Of a stretch of DNA of 64,000 nt, positions 42,383 through 53,314 are shown piece after piece; the stretch's first letter is position 1; each line of letters starts with the position of its first letter. Position numbers and translations under genes: made by a program. Source of the DNA: Cyanidioschyzon merolae. Its lineage: Eukaryota. The stretch lies in NCBI GenBank assembly GCA_000091205.1, contig AP006501.2; one strand, 5' to 3'. The notes under the pieces are model-generated. The model was not told the origin of the DNA. It worked only from the letters and a program-made list of their open reading frames with translations, and did not search any database.

Positions 42383-45043
42383 TTAAAGATCATGCTCTTC
42401 CTTTTTCGCCTCTCCAACGTCATGGTTTGGCTCGATTTCAAGCGTTGCCCCGCTCAAACTTTCCGCTTGTTTGCTAATGCGCACGCGAACATCTTCTCCG
42501 TGCCGCACTGTTCCCTGCAAAAGGTGGCGAGACAATGGCTCGAGAATTGCCCTCTGGATCACCCTTCTTAGCGGCCGTGCGCCATAGACAGGATCGTATC
42601 CATGTTCAACAAGCCACTGTATTACATCGTCGGAAATGTCTAGGCGGAGATCTGCTCGCTCGCGGAGTAGTTTCTGCAGCGCGTCAAGCTGTACACGAAC
42701 CACATCTTTCAAGATTTCACGTCCAAGTCGATTGAACAAAATGATGTCATCAAGTCGGTTAATGAACTCCGGGGGAAAGAATTGCCGGACCTGAACCATG
42801 ACTTCGTCACGTGCGAAGCTGCTCGGAACACCATCTGGCAGAGAGGCTAAAATATCTGCGCCGATATTACTCGTCATCACAATAATCGTGTTTCGGAAAT
42901 CGACCGTTCTTCCTTGACCATCTGTAAGACGGCCATCGTCTAGAACTTGCAAAAGCACTGTACATACAGCCCGGTGAGCCTTTTCAAATTCGTCGAAAAG
43001 TACCAATTGATAGGGCCTGCGCCTCACCGACTCGGTGAGTTGTCCGCCCTCCTCGTAGCCGACGTAACCGGGTGGTGCACCAATGAGACGAGCGACTGAA
43101 TGCCGTTCAGAGTACTCACTCATGTCCAGGCGACACATTGCATCGGGGCTGTCGAAAAGAAACTCAGCCAGACCTCTACAAAGTTCGGTTTTCCCCACGC
43201 CAGTGGGCCCTAGAAACAGAAATGATCCTATTGGTCGATTGTGAGCGTGAAGCCCTGCTCGCGAAAGACGAATAGCAGACGCGACCGTGCGGACGGCCTC
43301 AGGCTGCCCGACTACCCTCTTCGAGAGGTGATCTTCGAGATGCAGAAGTCTCTCTTTCTCGCTCGACATTAGCGCCTGAACCGGAATTCCTGTTGCTTTC
43401 GAGATCACTTGCAGAATATCTTTCTCAGTCACAGCCTCTGCTACGAGTTTGCCCGACGTTTCTGCCTCATTCTGAGCGACGTTTAACGTAGTCGCGGTCG
43501 TGCCTTGGGCGGAATCCGATAGCAGAATCGTTCGATGCTCAGCGGGAATGCGCGATTCAATCTCTGGTATCGTTTTGTACCGCAGCATCGCCACTTTCTC
43601 CCACTCGCCGCGTCGCTCAGCCATTTCCATCTCATGTAACGCCTTTTCCAACTCCTCTTTTGCTTGTTTCATCGCCTGCAGTTGAGCACGCTCACGTTCC
43701 CATTGGAGAGCCAGTTGTGACCGTTGGTGTTCAAGCTCCCTGACTTCTCCCTCGACTGCGCTCAGCCGCTTTCGCGAGACAGGGTCGCGCTCTAGGCGCA
43801 GTGCTTCTAGCTCGACACGCAGTCGGATCAAGCGGCGATCCAAATCGTCAATAGCTTCAGGTTTGCTCTCTTGCTGCATTTTCAGCCTTGCTGCGGCTTC
43901 ATCAACCAAATCTATTGCCGAGTCAGGTAGTTTCCTCTCTGTCATGTAGCGATGTGCGTTCACTGCCGCAGCAACAAGAGCTCGATCCGCAATACGGACA
44001 CCGTGATGCACTTCATAGCGATTGCGGAGGCCTCGCAAAATGTTGATCGTGTCTTCGACAGAGGGTTCTGCGACGAAAATCGGTTGAAATCTTCTCGCTA
44101 GTGCTGCATCCTTTTCGATATACTTGCGGTATTCAGCGAGGGTTGTCGCACCAACGCAGTGAAGATCGCCCCGGGCAAGCGCAGGCTTCAACAAGTTGCT
44201 CGCATCCAGGCTACCTTCGGCAGCACCAGCACCGACGAGCATATGCAACTCATCAATAAAAAGAATGACGCTTCCTTGGAGCTCCTCGACGTCTCGAAGC
44301 ACACTGCGAAGCCGCTCTTCGAACTCTCCCCGAAACTTTGCCCCCGCAACGAGTGCGCCTAGATCCAGAGCTACTACGCGCTTATTCTTCAAGGACTCGG
44401 GGACGTCACCCCTCGCAATACGCTGCGCCAAACCCTCGACAACAGCCGTCTTGCCGACTCCCGGCTCACCTATAAGGACAGGGTTGTTCTTTGTTCGGCG
44501 CGATAGCACTTGGATTGTTCGGCGAATTTCCTCATCGCGCCCAATCACGGGATCAAGCCGATTCAGCGCAGCCGCGCTAGTAAGGTCTCGCCCGTACTTT
44601 TTCAGTGCTTCTCCAACTGGAACGTTTTCCGGATGCACCCAACCCGGCGGTTGTCCCGTCGCTCCGGTGCGATCGTTCGTGTGCCCCATTCCCGTGGCAA
44701 AACCCCTGATACCAACGACACGTTCCAAGTTCCTGCTGGAAACATTGAACCTGTTTAAAACGGCGCCACGCAAGCTCTCTAGCCTCCTGCACCGTTCCGA
44801 CAACGCCAAGACGCCGGCCTGATGATTGAAAAACATAGTCAGGCGCCTTACAGAATGCCACCTTCGCAACGAACGGGACGCATGCAGCAGAGGCCCTGCA
44901 GGAGCATCCCCAACGAGCGCCCTCGGCCAACTCTCAGACCTGCCAACTGAAGTCCCGAGAAGGGCTGCCCCTCCCCAAGGCGCTTTCGACGAGTTCCTCA
45001 AGGTACGTAGCACTAGAGCCACCATTGTGACAGGAGACGTCAT
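42383..45043 (-). CDS. CLPB: ClpB/Hsp104-family disaggregase with an Arg-rich N-terminal presequence (organellar Hsp78/ClpB type)
   Basis: [32 protein letters not shown], a coiled-coil middle domain, a second [22 protein letters not shown], and a [17 protein letters not shown] sensor region. Confidence 0.92.
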   Translation of the reverse strand: MTSPVTMVALVLRTLRNSSKAPWGGAALLGTSVGRSESWPRALVGDAPAGPLLHASRSLRRWHSVRRLTMFFNHQAGVLALSERCRRLESLRGAVLNRFNVSSRNLERVVGIRGFATGMGHTNDRTGATGQPPGWVHPENVPVGEALKKYGRDLTSAAALNRLDPVIGRDEEIRRTIQVLSRRTKNNPVLIGEPGVGKTAVVEGLAQRIARGDVPESLKNKRVVALDLGALVAGAKFRGEFEERLRSVLRDVEELQGSVILFIDELHMLVGAGAAEGSLDASNLLKPALARGDLHCVGATTLAEYRKYIEKDAALARRFQPIFVAEPSVEDTINILRGLRNRYEVHHGVRIADRALVAAAVNAHRYMTERKLPDSAIDLVDEAAARLKMQQESKPEAIDDLDRRLIRLRVELEALRLERDPVSRKRLSAVEGEVRELEHQRSQLALQWERERAQLQAMKQAKEELEKALHEMEMAERRGEWEKVAMLRYKTIPEIESRIPAEHRTILLSDSAQGTTATTLNVAQNEAETSGKLVAEAVTEKDILQVISKATGIPVQALMSSEKERLLHLEDHLSKRVVGQPEAVRTVASAIRLSRAGLHAHNRPIGSFLFLGPTGVGKTELCRGLAEFLFDSPDAMCRLDMSEYSERHSVARLIGAPPGYVGYEEGGQLTESVRRRPYQLVLFDEFEKAHRAVCTVLLQVLDDGRLTDGQGRTVDFRNTIIVMTSNIGADILASLPDGVPSSFARDEVMVQVRQFFPPEFINRLDDIILFNRLGREILKDVVRVQLDALQKLLRERADLRLDISDDVIQWLVEHGYDPVYGARPLRRVIQRAILEPLSRHLLQGTVRHGEDVRVRISKQAESLSGATLEIEPNHDVGEAKKEEHDL

Positions 45044-46065
45044 AGCGAAGCTGTACGGTCTAACTTGCGAACAAACCGCTCATTCCTTTTCTGGAACAAT
45101 CTCGTGGTGGAGGTCAAAAATTGCGGGGCTCTGCGAGGCGCACTGGCCCCATGCCATATCCTATCTGGGGGGTATTGCAGCGCTCGGCGGATGCACGCTG
45201 ATCTCGAGTGTCAAGCACGGTGCTGAGTTTGTGATGATGCAGGTATTTAGTTTTTGAGCGAGACTCATATTCATCGATACGTACTGTGTGTAATTTCACC
45301 GCGAATGGCGTGTTTCTTGTCGACAACTTCTGCATCAAAGCAAGTCATTGAGCTCGAAACTGGTAGGACTTGTGAGCTGTACGAGCGCCGTAAACATCGA
45401 ACACCTTACTCTGGATTCAGCAGGACACTCCGGTTACGTGAAGCACCTGCTGGAGAGAAGGGTTCAGGGTCTAGTCCGGAAGAGCACGTGGATGCTTTCG
45501 GACGCGATCCAAAGAAGGAGGCAGAGGCCTGGAAGGAGACGGCGCGCGAGCTCCTAGAAACAGATACTGTGCAGGAAGCTATCCACAAGCACATCGAGCG
45601 GGAACATTCGGGAGCGCAAGACGCTCCTGTGGATGTAACGGAAAAGCCGCAGCAGAGCAACTAGTTTTAGAAGGACAACTAGGGGTTAGAAATAGATTTG
45701 GAATTTAGCAGTTAAGAGTTCCGAGCGCCTACGTGGATGCACATAGCTCTCGTTATTCCGCCCGGGACGTATGCTCGCCAGAGCCGTGTCGATGGGAAAA
45801 GGAACACGGAACTGCAAGCTCTGCTCCTGTCTTTGCATGTTTGGAAACTATAGATGTGCAGCCTCGGCACAGAAAGTGCGGCGCTCTTGGCTCACGGTTT
45901 CATACGACGTGTAAGAATTCTCAATCATATTTCTGGAGTGGCACCTTCGACGCTATGAAGCAGGAATTCGTTACATCAATGCCTGCAAGATGATTTTCGA
46001 CACCTTCGAACAAGGGTCCGTAATATAACCAATACCATTATCTAGTCAATTCGCACAAGCCTCAA

Positions 46066-47940
46066 TTGCTCTCCGTTCTTCACGTGCAGTATTCTCAAAT
46101 CACGCGTTCTTCATGTTTTAGTCTTTCTTCTTCAAGGTACTTCGGGGGTTCTGCAATGTGCCCCGATGGATTGGTGAGGAACAACATGAGATGTCGACCT
46201 TTGACGACTTGTTCACAAGGTCATGCCGAAAGTCAGCTGAACCTTCCACGCCAAGTAATAAATTCTGTACGAAAGACATGTCCTTCTCTATTTGCAAATT
46301 ACGAAGAAACCGTATTTTACAACAGCACAATGGTTCCCAGAGAATATGCTCCCAGCGGCTTTCGTCTCTTGTGCTTTAATGGAAACGGGTCTTGGACCCG
46401 GGCCTCTCTCGAAAAGGCATTTGGGCCATCGTCACTGCCATCACCAACGATCGGCAGCATGAACAGGCGAAAGAATTTTTCGACAAGAAGACATCACGCA
46501 GGGGAAAGAATGAAGCTTATGTGATCGGTTCGGCTATTCAAGAGTACCGTGCGGTCTTGGGGCTAGCGAATCTCGCAGAAAAGTCATCAGATATGAAAAA
46601 AAGGTGATGAAATGCGCTGTCCCCTCATCCTGCGCTATTTCTTGTTCTTTGACCGAGAACTCGAAGACAAGGCCGGAAAGGAGCTGGGTGTAGGAAAAAA
46701 AGAAGAGTCGGAGAGACAGAAGGCTGCCCTAATGGGGAAGCGCTTCAAGGTCGTTCCGTTATGCAACATCAAGTCATACTTTGTGACAATCAACTCCAGA
46801 GTCTATTTCGGCATCATGAGGGATATCTATGAGGAGTTCGGCGTAAACAGGGAGGAGTTCAGCGGCGAAAATCGGGACACGTACCGGAAGAGTATCTTCT
46901 ATTTAAAAAGTGTCAAAACGAGCAAGCAAAAGAAATTCACATGGATGGTCGAAAGCGATGAAGTATCCATGTGTGTACACTTTCGGCGCTTGAAGGCGAA
47001 TCGTCCTGTTCCGTCCTCGGCTTCGCCCCTGAGGAAGCATGCAGAAAAGAAAGAGGCGGATCCTGCTACGCAGAAAGTGCAGGATAACGACTTTGTCGTT
47101 GGCGCGGACCCAGGGGACACGAATATAATAGCCATCGCAGTATCGAAGCGTATGGTAGATGTGACTGACGGCAACTTACGTCATAAAGACATGCGTCTCT
47201 TAAAGTTCTCGAGAACGAGATATCACCGAGAATCGGGAATAATGAGTGCGAGGGAAAAAATTTAGGAAGAGAATTCAGGAGTGAAAGAGCGCCTGGAAGC
47301 TATGAGCGAGGTGACTAGCCGAAAAGCGGACTTTCGAGCTTTTCTGAAATTCATGGAAGTTCGCGTTGCTCTTTGGGAGGCGCTGTGGAAAGAGTATACA
47401 AAGCCACGATGGGCTCGTTTGTGAATGAGCTTGTACTGTGTGAAGCAGCGGGCATTCGCCAACTTTTTCAATGAGTTGAGTGCCTTGAAAGAGGACGAGA
47501 GTCAAAGGCACGTAGTAGCATTCGGAGCAGGGTGCTGGGCATCGAAAAAATGGTGTACACCAGCTCCAACGACGAGAACGTACAAGGAGCGTGCACGGCG
47601 TTTTGCCACAATACCAATAGATGAGTTCCAATCGTCCAGTATTCACCATGAGTTGGGATGTACACTTCAGACGGTCGAGATGGATTAGTGTCAGCGGCGC
47701 GGTGACGATATAAAACAGTACGGAGCGCTGACGGAAGAGCAAATGGAAAGGACGGCGAAAGTTCGAGGATTGCTTACGTTAGTGAGTACAACCACCGGGA
47801 GGAAACGTGTGAAGTTTGTGAACAGGGAATTTAACGCCGCCATCAATATAAGGAGATGTGCGGTGATGGAAATAAGACCTCCAGAGTTGACAAGAGTGAA
47901 TTTTTGGGAGAACCTCTCAAATTATACGAGAAGAAATTGA
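46066..47940 (+). mobile_element. TnpB/Fanzor-like RuvC nuclease gene, copy 2. Full-length architecture but broken by in-frame stops and one frameshift
   Basis: Same-frame ORFs 46066-46524, 46612-47265, 47425-47688 and 47743-47940. RuvC-I VVGADPGDTNIIAIAV, Cys/His cluster GCWASKKWC..HHELGC, and a C-terminal VNREFNAAINIRR (RuvC-III signature with D to E). Confidence 0.7.
46612..47265 (+). pseudogene. Largest intact segment of Fanzor/TnpB-like copy 2 (N-terminal/WED-like region plus RuvC-I)
   Basis: 217-aa ORF ending at a stop. The sequence continues in another frame (EENSGVKERLEAMSEVTSRKADFRAFLKFMEVRVALWEALWKEYTKPRWARL), which indicates a frameshift. Confidence 0.6.
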
Positions 47941-48058
47941 AGCCAGTAGTAAGTGGCCAGTCTAAAAAGGCTGGGAAGCGTCTGCACATCGGCTGGAGAC
48001 GTCTAGCGTAGAGCGCGAGGCGCGCAACTACTGCACCGCTGGTGGCAACGTCTGACTT

Positions 48059-48799
48059 TTGAGGCGTTCGTTATTGCCAGCGTTGGCTGTGATGGAGGGC
48101 CCGGAGGCAAACCCTTCGTGTTCAGAGGTCTTGACACCCTCAAGCGCACTGCCTAGAGCTGAAGCGACACGCACGGCGCTCGGGTGGTTCTGGTTCCGGG
48201 TGCGGACGTGTTTTGGACAAGGTGACGCTGCGACTCAAAAATTAGAGCAACGATCTTTCGTTCAGCGACTGTTACCTCTGTGCACACTAGTGCTCACTTT
48301 GTGCTTAGCGTTCACGCTTTGGAGGGCTTTGGTCCTGTGGACCTACTCCGAGTCCCCAGTCGTTGTGGTGCTCAGTGGCAGCATGGAGCCAGGTATTCAC
48401 CGCGGGGATATCCTATTTCTTTACAACCGCACCGCAGCTGAAAGGCCTTTACGTGTCGGTGATATGGTTGTTTACAGTTTGCGTGACCGCAGTCTGCCGA
48501 TAATCCATCGCATTATTGAAGTTCATAGACGAGCTTCCGAGAGCATAGGCGATGGCACAAGGGCATCAAACTCTAGTATCCTGGAATATTTCCTTACAAA
48601 AGGGGATAACAACTTCGGTGACGATCGAGGTCTCTACCCTGCTGACAAGAAATGGCTGCTACGCAGTGACGTCATTGGACGGGTTATCTTTACTATCCCG
48701 AAAGTTGGCATGCTGACGATCCTGATGAATACACACAAATGGTTAAAATACGCCCTGATAGGACTGCTGTCACTCACCCTGCTCTTCATATCAGAGTGA
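48059..48799 (+). CDS. SEC11: Signal peptidase complex catalytic subunit SEC11; the true start is probably an internal Met
   Basis: SESPVVVVLSGSMEPGIHRGDILFL (Ser-His catalytic region) and a C-terminal GDNN..DDRGLY motif. Confidence 0.88.
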   Translation: MRRSLLPALAVMEGPEANPSCSEVLTPSSALPRAEATRTALGWFWFRVRTCFGQGDAATQKLEQRSFVQRLLPLCTLVLTLCLAFTLWRALVLWTYSESPVVVVLSGSMEPGIHRGDILFLYNRTAAERPLRVGDMVVYSLRDRSLPIIHRIIEVHRRASESIGDGTRASNSSILEYFLTKGDNNFGDDRGLYPADKKWLLRSDVIGRVIFTIPKVGMLTILMNTHKWLKYALIGLLSLTLLFISE

Positions 48800-48819
48800 G
48801 TCAAAGAGGCAGGCCGCCC

Positions 48820-49782
48820 TTATGCAACTCCAGGGCCACTGTGTGCTTCAATCGGTGTGAGCGTTATGATGCTCAGTGCATGGATTCTTCTGGAATTAAG
48901 CTCCTCGCTCAAAAGAGCATAAACCAGCTTGTGTCGTTTCACCTCGGGCATGTCTTTGAAGGTATCGCTCACAATTTTGATTGTAAAATGCGTCTCGCCT
49001 CGTCGCTCATGGGCACCTTCGTGACCTCGATGCTTTGCGGAGTCATCACGAATTTCAATCAAGTCTGGTTTCAATACCTGAAGCTTGTTTTCGATGACCT
49101 CCTTCATGGATACCTTGCCATTTGCTGTGGACTGCATAGAGTTTGCCTCACCCATGCCGAGCATTCTGGCCTTTTCTTGCATTGTCCGTAGCATGTTCAG
49201 AAAACCGTTCGTACGGCCTGGAGTCAAACTCACACCCAGACCCGACTCTTTGATAAAGTCAGGCGTCACCGCACATACCTCTTCCACACTGTATCCACTG
49301 AGGCCTCGAATAAGGAAAGCAACAAGCCCCTTGGTAAGCTGTGAGTCAGAGTCACCAATAAACTCAACTTTGCCTTCCTTATCCAAGAAGGCATCTACGT
49401 GCACGACGCTGAGACAGCCCCGTACGCGGTTTGCGAGCACTCTGCGCTCGCGCGGAAACGGTGGCAGGGTCGACGCCATGTGCAAAAGCTGCTGAACCCT
49501 CAGCTTTTGGTCGCCAAGTTTCTTGAAGGCATCCACAAGCCCTTGGAGTTTTTCAGTTGTCCTGCTCTGTCCACTGTGGTTGCCGGGGTCCTCATTCCCA
49601 CAGGCTCGCAAAAGAGCGAGTCTTGCCGTTCGCCGCCTTTGCGCCCGCACAAAGCGCGGCTGAGAGAAACTCGGACGCTCTCCAGAACTCGAACAACCTC
49701 GAAACCTTCTCTGGGTTCGCAGAGCAGTTGGATTACAGGCAAAAGCAGGACCTGAACAGCCGCCACCGCATAAGCGCGCCAT
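48820..49782 (-). CDS. SUFE1: SufE-BolA fusion protein (plastid-type SUFE1 cysteine desulfurase activator) with a transit-peptide-like N-terminus
   Basis: SufE domain (RVRGCLSVVHVDAF..EFIGDSDSQLTKGLVAFL) followed by a BolA domain (RDDSAKHRGHEG..HFTIKIVSDTF..RHKLVYALL). Confidence 0.85.
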   Translation of the reverse strand: MARLCGGGCSGPAFACNPTALRTQRRFRGCSSSGERPSFSQPRFVRAQRRRTARLALLRACGNEDPGNHSGQSRTTEKLQGLVDAFKKLGDQKLRVQQLLHMASTLPPFPRERRVLANRVRGCLSVVHVDAFLDKEGKVEFIGDSDSQLTKGLVAFLIRGLSGYSVEEVCAVTPDFIKESGLGVSLTPGRTNGFLNMLRTMQEKARMLGMGEANSMQSTANGKVSMKEVIENKLQVLKPDLIEIRDDSAKHRGHEGAHERRGETHFTIKIVSDTFKDMPEVKRHKLVYALLSEELNSRRIHALSIITLTPIEAHSGPGVA

Positions 49783-50866
49783 AGTGGGTGCCTCACGAGA
49801 AAATAAGCGCGCTCCGCTTGACGAGTTTCAAGACAGAGTTTCTTTGTCGCAAAAATTTATACGCTACGATCCGAGGTCTTTCGCGAGGAGTCGCTGTCAA
49901 GAGACGCACCCCCAGCCGCGTAACGCATGGTATTTTAGATACTTCCGAGCGATACACGGTTTAAATCAATCATGAGGCAAGGGGGTTAGATATTCGACGT
50001 TTGAGCAGCAATGATATGGGCAGTTTTTGGAGAGTGAAAAATGCGTCCAAGGGGCTCCTCTATACGGCCATAATGATGGTAGTGCTTTCTCTGTGGGTGC
50101 CATGCACTGTTGACGAGGGATCCAGAGCTAGCAGCAGGACATTCGTGGCGAGTATTCAGGCGAAGGACACCTTCACGATCATAGGCGATCCATGTGCTAT
50201 GAAAGACTCGTACAATGCGCAGCGAGCTTCGATTGCAGACTTTGCTACGCAGCCAAGCATGCCGCTGGCTGCCGCGCAGTATGCGGGGTTCTTTTTCGGA
50301 GTCAAAGCCCCAGCACATGCGATACTTGGATGCAAAAAATTCATTGTGTTTATAGAAGTGCGGGCTTGTTCGTACCTTGGGGAATTCTCATAGCGCCTCT
50401 TAGACAAACCTGACGGCTACTTGCTTCAAAATTCGAGGCAGAAGCATTCATTCTAGACAATCTTTAGAATTGCGGAATCGAATCCAGATCTTTGTGGGCG
50501 CCCTAGATGGCTTCCCTCGTCGCTGGAGGTTCAAAGCGCAGCGCGATCTCCGGAGTATCTTCGTTTGGTGGGGCATCGCGCCTGGCATCCATTCCGCAGT
50601 CTTCCCGGTCTGTGAAGAATCGATCACTGGGGCCAGTCCCACAGGCAGACAGGAAAGCAGAAAGCCACGCGCAGAAGTTGGGCTACCAGGTAGGAACGCC
50701 CGCAAGCCTGCGCGGATGCAGACATGAACGTAGGCACGCGTCCGTGCATTTACACACACTAACGGACATAAAGGCAAACAGCAGGATAAAAATCCTGGAA
50801 GGAGGGGAGTTCAGCTCTTGGATAGCCCATGTGAAAGGAACGAGGCCGAACTCGCTTGCATATGCA

Positions 50867-52681
50867 TCAAGCTGAGGGTTCAGCGCACAATTCGGAACGA
50901 TTTGCCGAGGCCAAAACTGGCAGCGTTGCATACTGGCTATCAGCCATGCCGATAGCTTCCGCAATACCCCGGAAGCTCGGTTCTTCACCGTTGAGAACCG
51001 TAGCAAGAATTTCTCGCGGTTCTTTGGAAGCGCCGAAACGGAAAAACCCATTCCGTAAAAGCTCCCCTGCAGCCGCCATAGATAACTTGGAATCACGAAA
51101 CAGCCGATTCCATACTTCTGCTGCGAGTATTCTTGCCAAAAGGTAAGAATAGTAGCATCCTCCATAACCAATGATATGCGGCATATATGGGATTCCATCC
51201 CGATACAAGACTTGTTCCAAGCGCCCGTATTCCCGAACGACCTCAGCGATAATTCTTTTGATCTTCGATCGCGCCTCATTACCCCATCCAAAATGATCAT
51301 GGGAGTGGAGTGCCAGGTCCAGCGCCGCGAAAGGCGTCTGCAGAGCTATCTCCGCGACAACGGCCTCCTGTCTCGCCTCTTCAAGTTCTGCCAAAAATTG
51401 ACGTGGCCCATTTGGGGCGAAACGGCGCATCCAAGCAGCATCCCACGCAAAGTTTTCCATGAGATGGCTCGGGATTTCCACAAAATCCATTGGACCGCGA
51501 GTTCCAGAGAGGTGCTGGAAGCGCGTTCTCGACATAATCGTATGTAAAACATGTCCAAGTTCATGCAGGAGAGTCTCCAACTGATAATGTTGCATCCCCG
51601 CTTTTCTTATTATAGGCGGAAAATCACAGACAATGGCAGCGCTCGGCAGCTGACTGGAGCCATCACGTAGTCGACGACTCCCTCGTAACGCGTAGTGCGC
51701 TGCTCCCGGCATCTTGCCATCGCGAGCAAACAAATCAAAAAACACCTCGCCGACGAAGTTCCCGTTCCGCGCGTCCACCAACATAGCGTGCTCTACGCTT
51801 GGATGCCAGATGACTCCCCTGACTTGGTTTTGACGGAGCCGATAAATGCGAATTCCAAACAACTCACAGAGTAAGCCGCTCAACACTTCTAGAACCGAAT
51901 CAACACCAAGATATGGCTGGAGTCGGCGAGCCAGCGAGCTGCATCGTGAGCGTTGAAGGGAAAGGCTATCATGCTGGCGCTTCCTTCGCACCTCATTCAA
52001 CATCGAAGAAACTGAGTTGAGAAACGATACTACGCCATGGGGGTGGCGAAGCAACTTGTCGAGAGCTACGAAGTGAGCATATGATGGGTACGATAGCACC
52101 TGTGCGAGCTCTGATCGCTTATTTAGCAAAGCAGTGAGCGAGTTCCAGGCGATGTTCACATTTGCGGACCCGAAACGCTTCCCGGGGCTTTTCTCCGCAT
52201 CTCGGAATACCGCTGTGACGCGCATGCTCCATTCGAGGATTTCATTCTGTACTGCGGCGACGTGTTTACGCTTTGATGGCGATAAACTTGCTCCTCCGCG
52301 CAAAGCAAAGTCGCGTTGCAACGAGCGGACCAGTGCTTGCTCCTCGCAGGTTACTGCGTCCTGCTTGCGGAGCAGTGCTCCACACAGATTCTCGTCACAG
52401 TTCAGCTCTTGCATGTATTGAGAGAGTTCCCTAAACACACTCTCGCTCGCCTCCACGTGTTCAGGCTCCGCTGATACGTTCCGAGCCAGTTCGGAAGCAT
52501 CGAGTACCTGGCAGAGAGTGTCTGAGAGCTCGTCGAAATCCTGGAGCACGCTGCCTTCGCGGTTAGAGAGGATCTTGTATACCAGATCATTGCACGCTTT
52601 GAGTGTCTGGTGCTTAATTGTTTGCCAGTCTTGAGGCACGTGTAGACCTCTCAAGCCAAACAAGCCTCTGGAGCATAGCAT
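50867..52681 (-). CDS. M3-family zinc metallopeptidase (oligopeptidase or mitochondrial-intermediate-peptidase-like)
   Basis: HELGHVLHTIMSRT..FVEIPSHLMENFAWD (HExxH plus a downstream Glu). Confidence 0.85.
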   Translation of the reverse strand: MLCSRGLFGLRGLHVPQDWQTIKHQTLKACNDLVYKILSNREGSVLQDFDELSDTLCQVLDASELARNVSAEPEHVEASESVFRELSQYMQELNCDENLCGALLRKQDAVTCEEQALVRSLQRDFALRGGASLSPSKRKHVAAVQNEILEWSMRVTAVFRDAEKSPGKRFGSANVNIAWNSLTALLNKRSELAQVLSYPSYAHFVALDKLLRHPHGVVSFLNSVSSMLNEVRRKRQHDSLSLQRSRCSSLARRLQPYLGVDSVLEVLSGLLCELFGIRIYRLRQNQVRGVIWHPSVEHAMLVDARNGNFVGEVFFDLFARDGKMPGAAHYALRGSRRLRDGSSQLPSAAIVCDFPPIIRKAGMQHYQLETLLHELGHVLHTIMSRTRFQHLSGTRGPMDFVEIPSHLMENFAWDAAWMRRFAPNGPRQFLAELEEARQEAVVAEIALQTPFAALDLALHSHDHFGWGNEARSKIKRIIAEVVREYGRLEQVLYRDGIPYMPHIIGYGGCYYSYLLARILAAEVWNRLFRDSKLSMAAAGELLRNGFFRFGASKEPREILATVLNGEEPSFRGIAEAIGMADSQYATLPVLASANRSELCAEPSA

Positions 52682-52960
52682 AGGCGTGAGTGCTGCTACC
52701 GCGCTAACTAGGTACGCTACTTTGGGTTAAGCGTACTCGCCGCGTCACAGGTGCACGTCCGAGAACCTCAAACGGCAGTCACAGGAGACATATTCAAAGA
52801 GACTGGTAAACTAGTTTCATTTTGCCCTTATTTCGGCCCAGTAGGTGCTTTCTAAATACGAAACTCCCCGGACGCAAGCACAGCAAAAATAAAACCCACA
52901 AGCGAAAGAATCTAATAGATGCTAATCTGAGGAGCGAAAATCGTATCAAAACCATAGTGG

Positions 52961-53314
52961 TCAATAAATGTATTCACGCGCAGACGATTCCCAGCCTTTT
53001 TCGACCGGCAGACTGCTGTCGGCCGGTCGAAAAATGTACACTTCGGGTCTGCGAGGCTTCCACACGAAGTTAGATCGCCTCAGCTCTGCGGCCCTCGTCT
53101 CCAGCACCGCAAATCGTCTGATATTAATAGCAGTGCTGAAGTCTCGGTTCACAAACTCCATGCGTTTGTTGCCGCTGGTTGAACTCACTAGTCTAAGGAT
53201 TCCTCGAACTCGAGCGCTCAGTGCCATTTGGTGCTCTGTCAACTCTGCGTGATTTTCTATCGCCGAGCCGCTCCACCGGCTCCTCTCCATCTCGTTCTTC
53301 TGAAGTATACGCAC
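52961..53314 (-). pseudogene. TnpB/Fanzor-like C-terminal fragment, copy 3, carrying the RuvC-III motif
   Basis: LSARVRGILRLVSSTSGNKRMEFVNRDFSTAINIRRFAV aligns with copy 2's TAKVRGLLTLVSTTTGRKRVKFVNREFNAAINIRRCAV. A TGA stop lies immediately upstream, so it is a fragment. Confidence 0.65.

Noticed and set aside
50683-51300. 205-aa minus-strand ORF overlapping the M3 peptidase gene
   Set aside because: It uses an alternative frame of the same strand region as a conserved HExxH peptidase.
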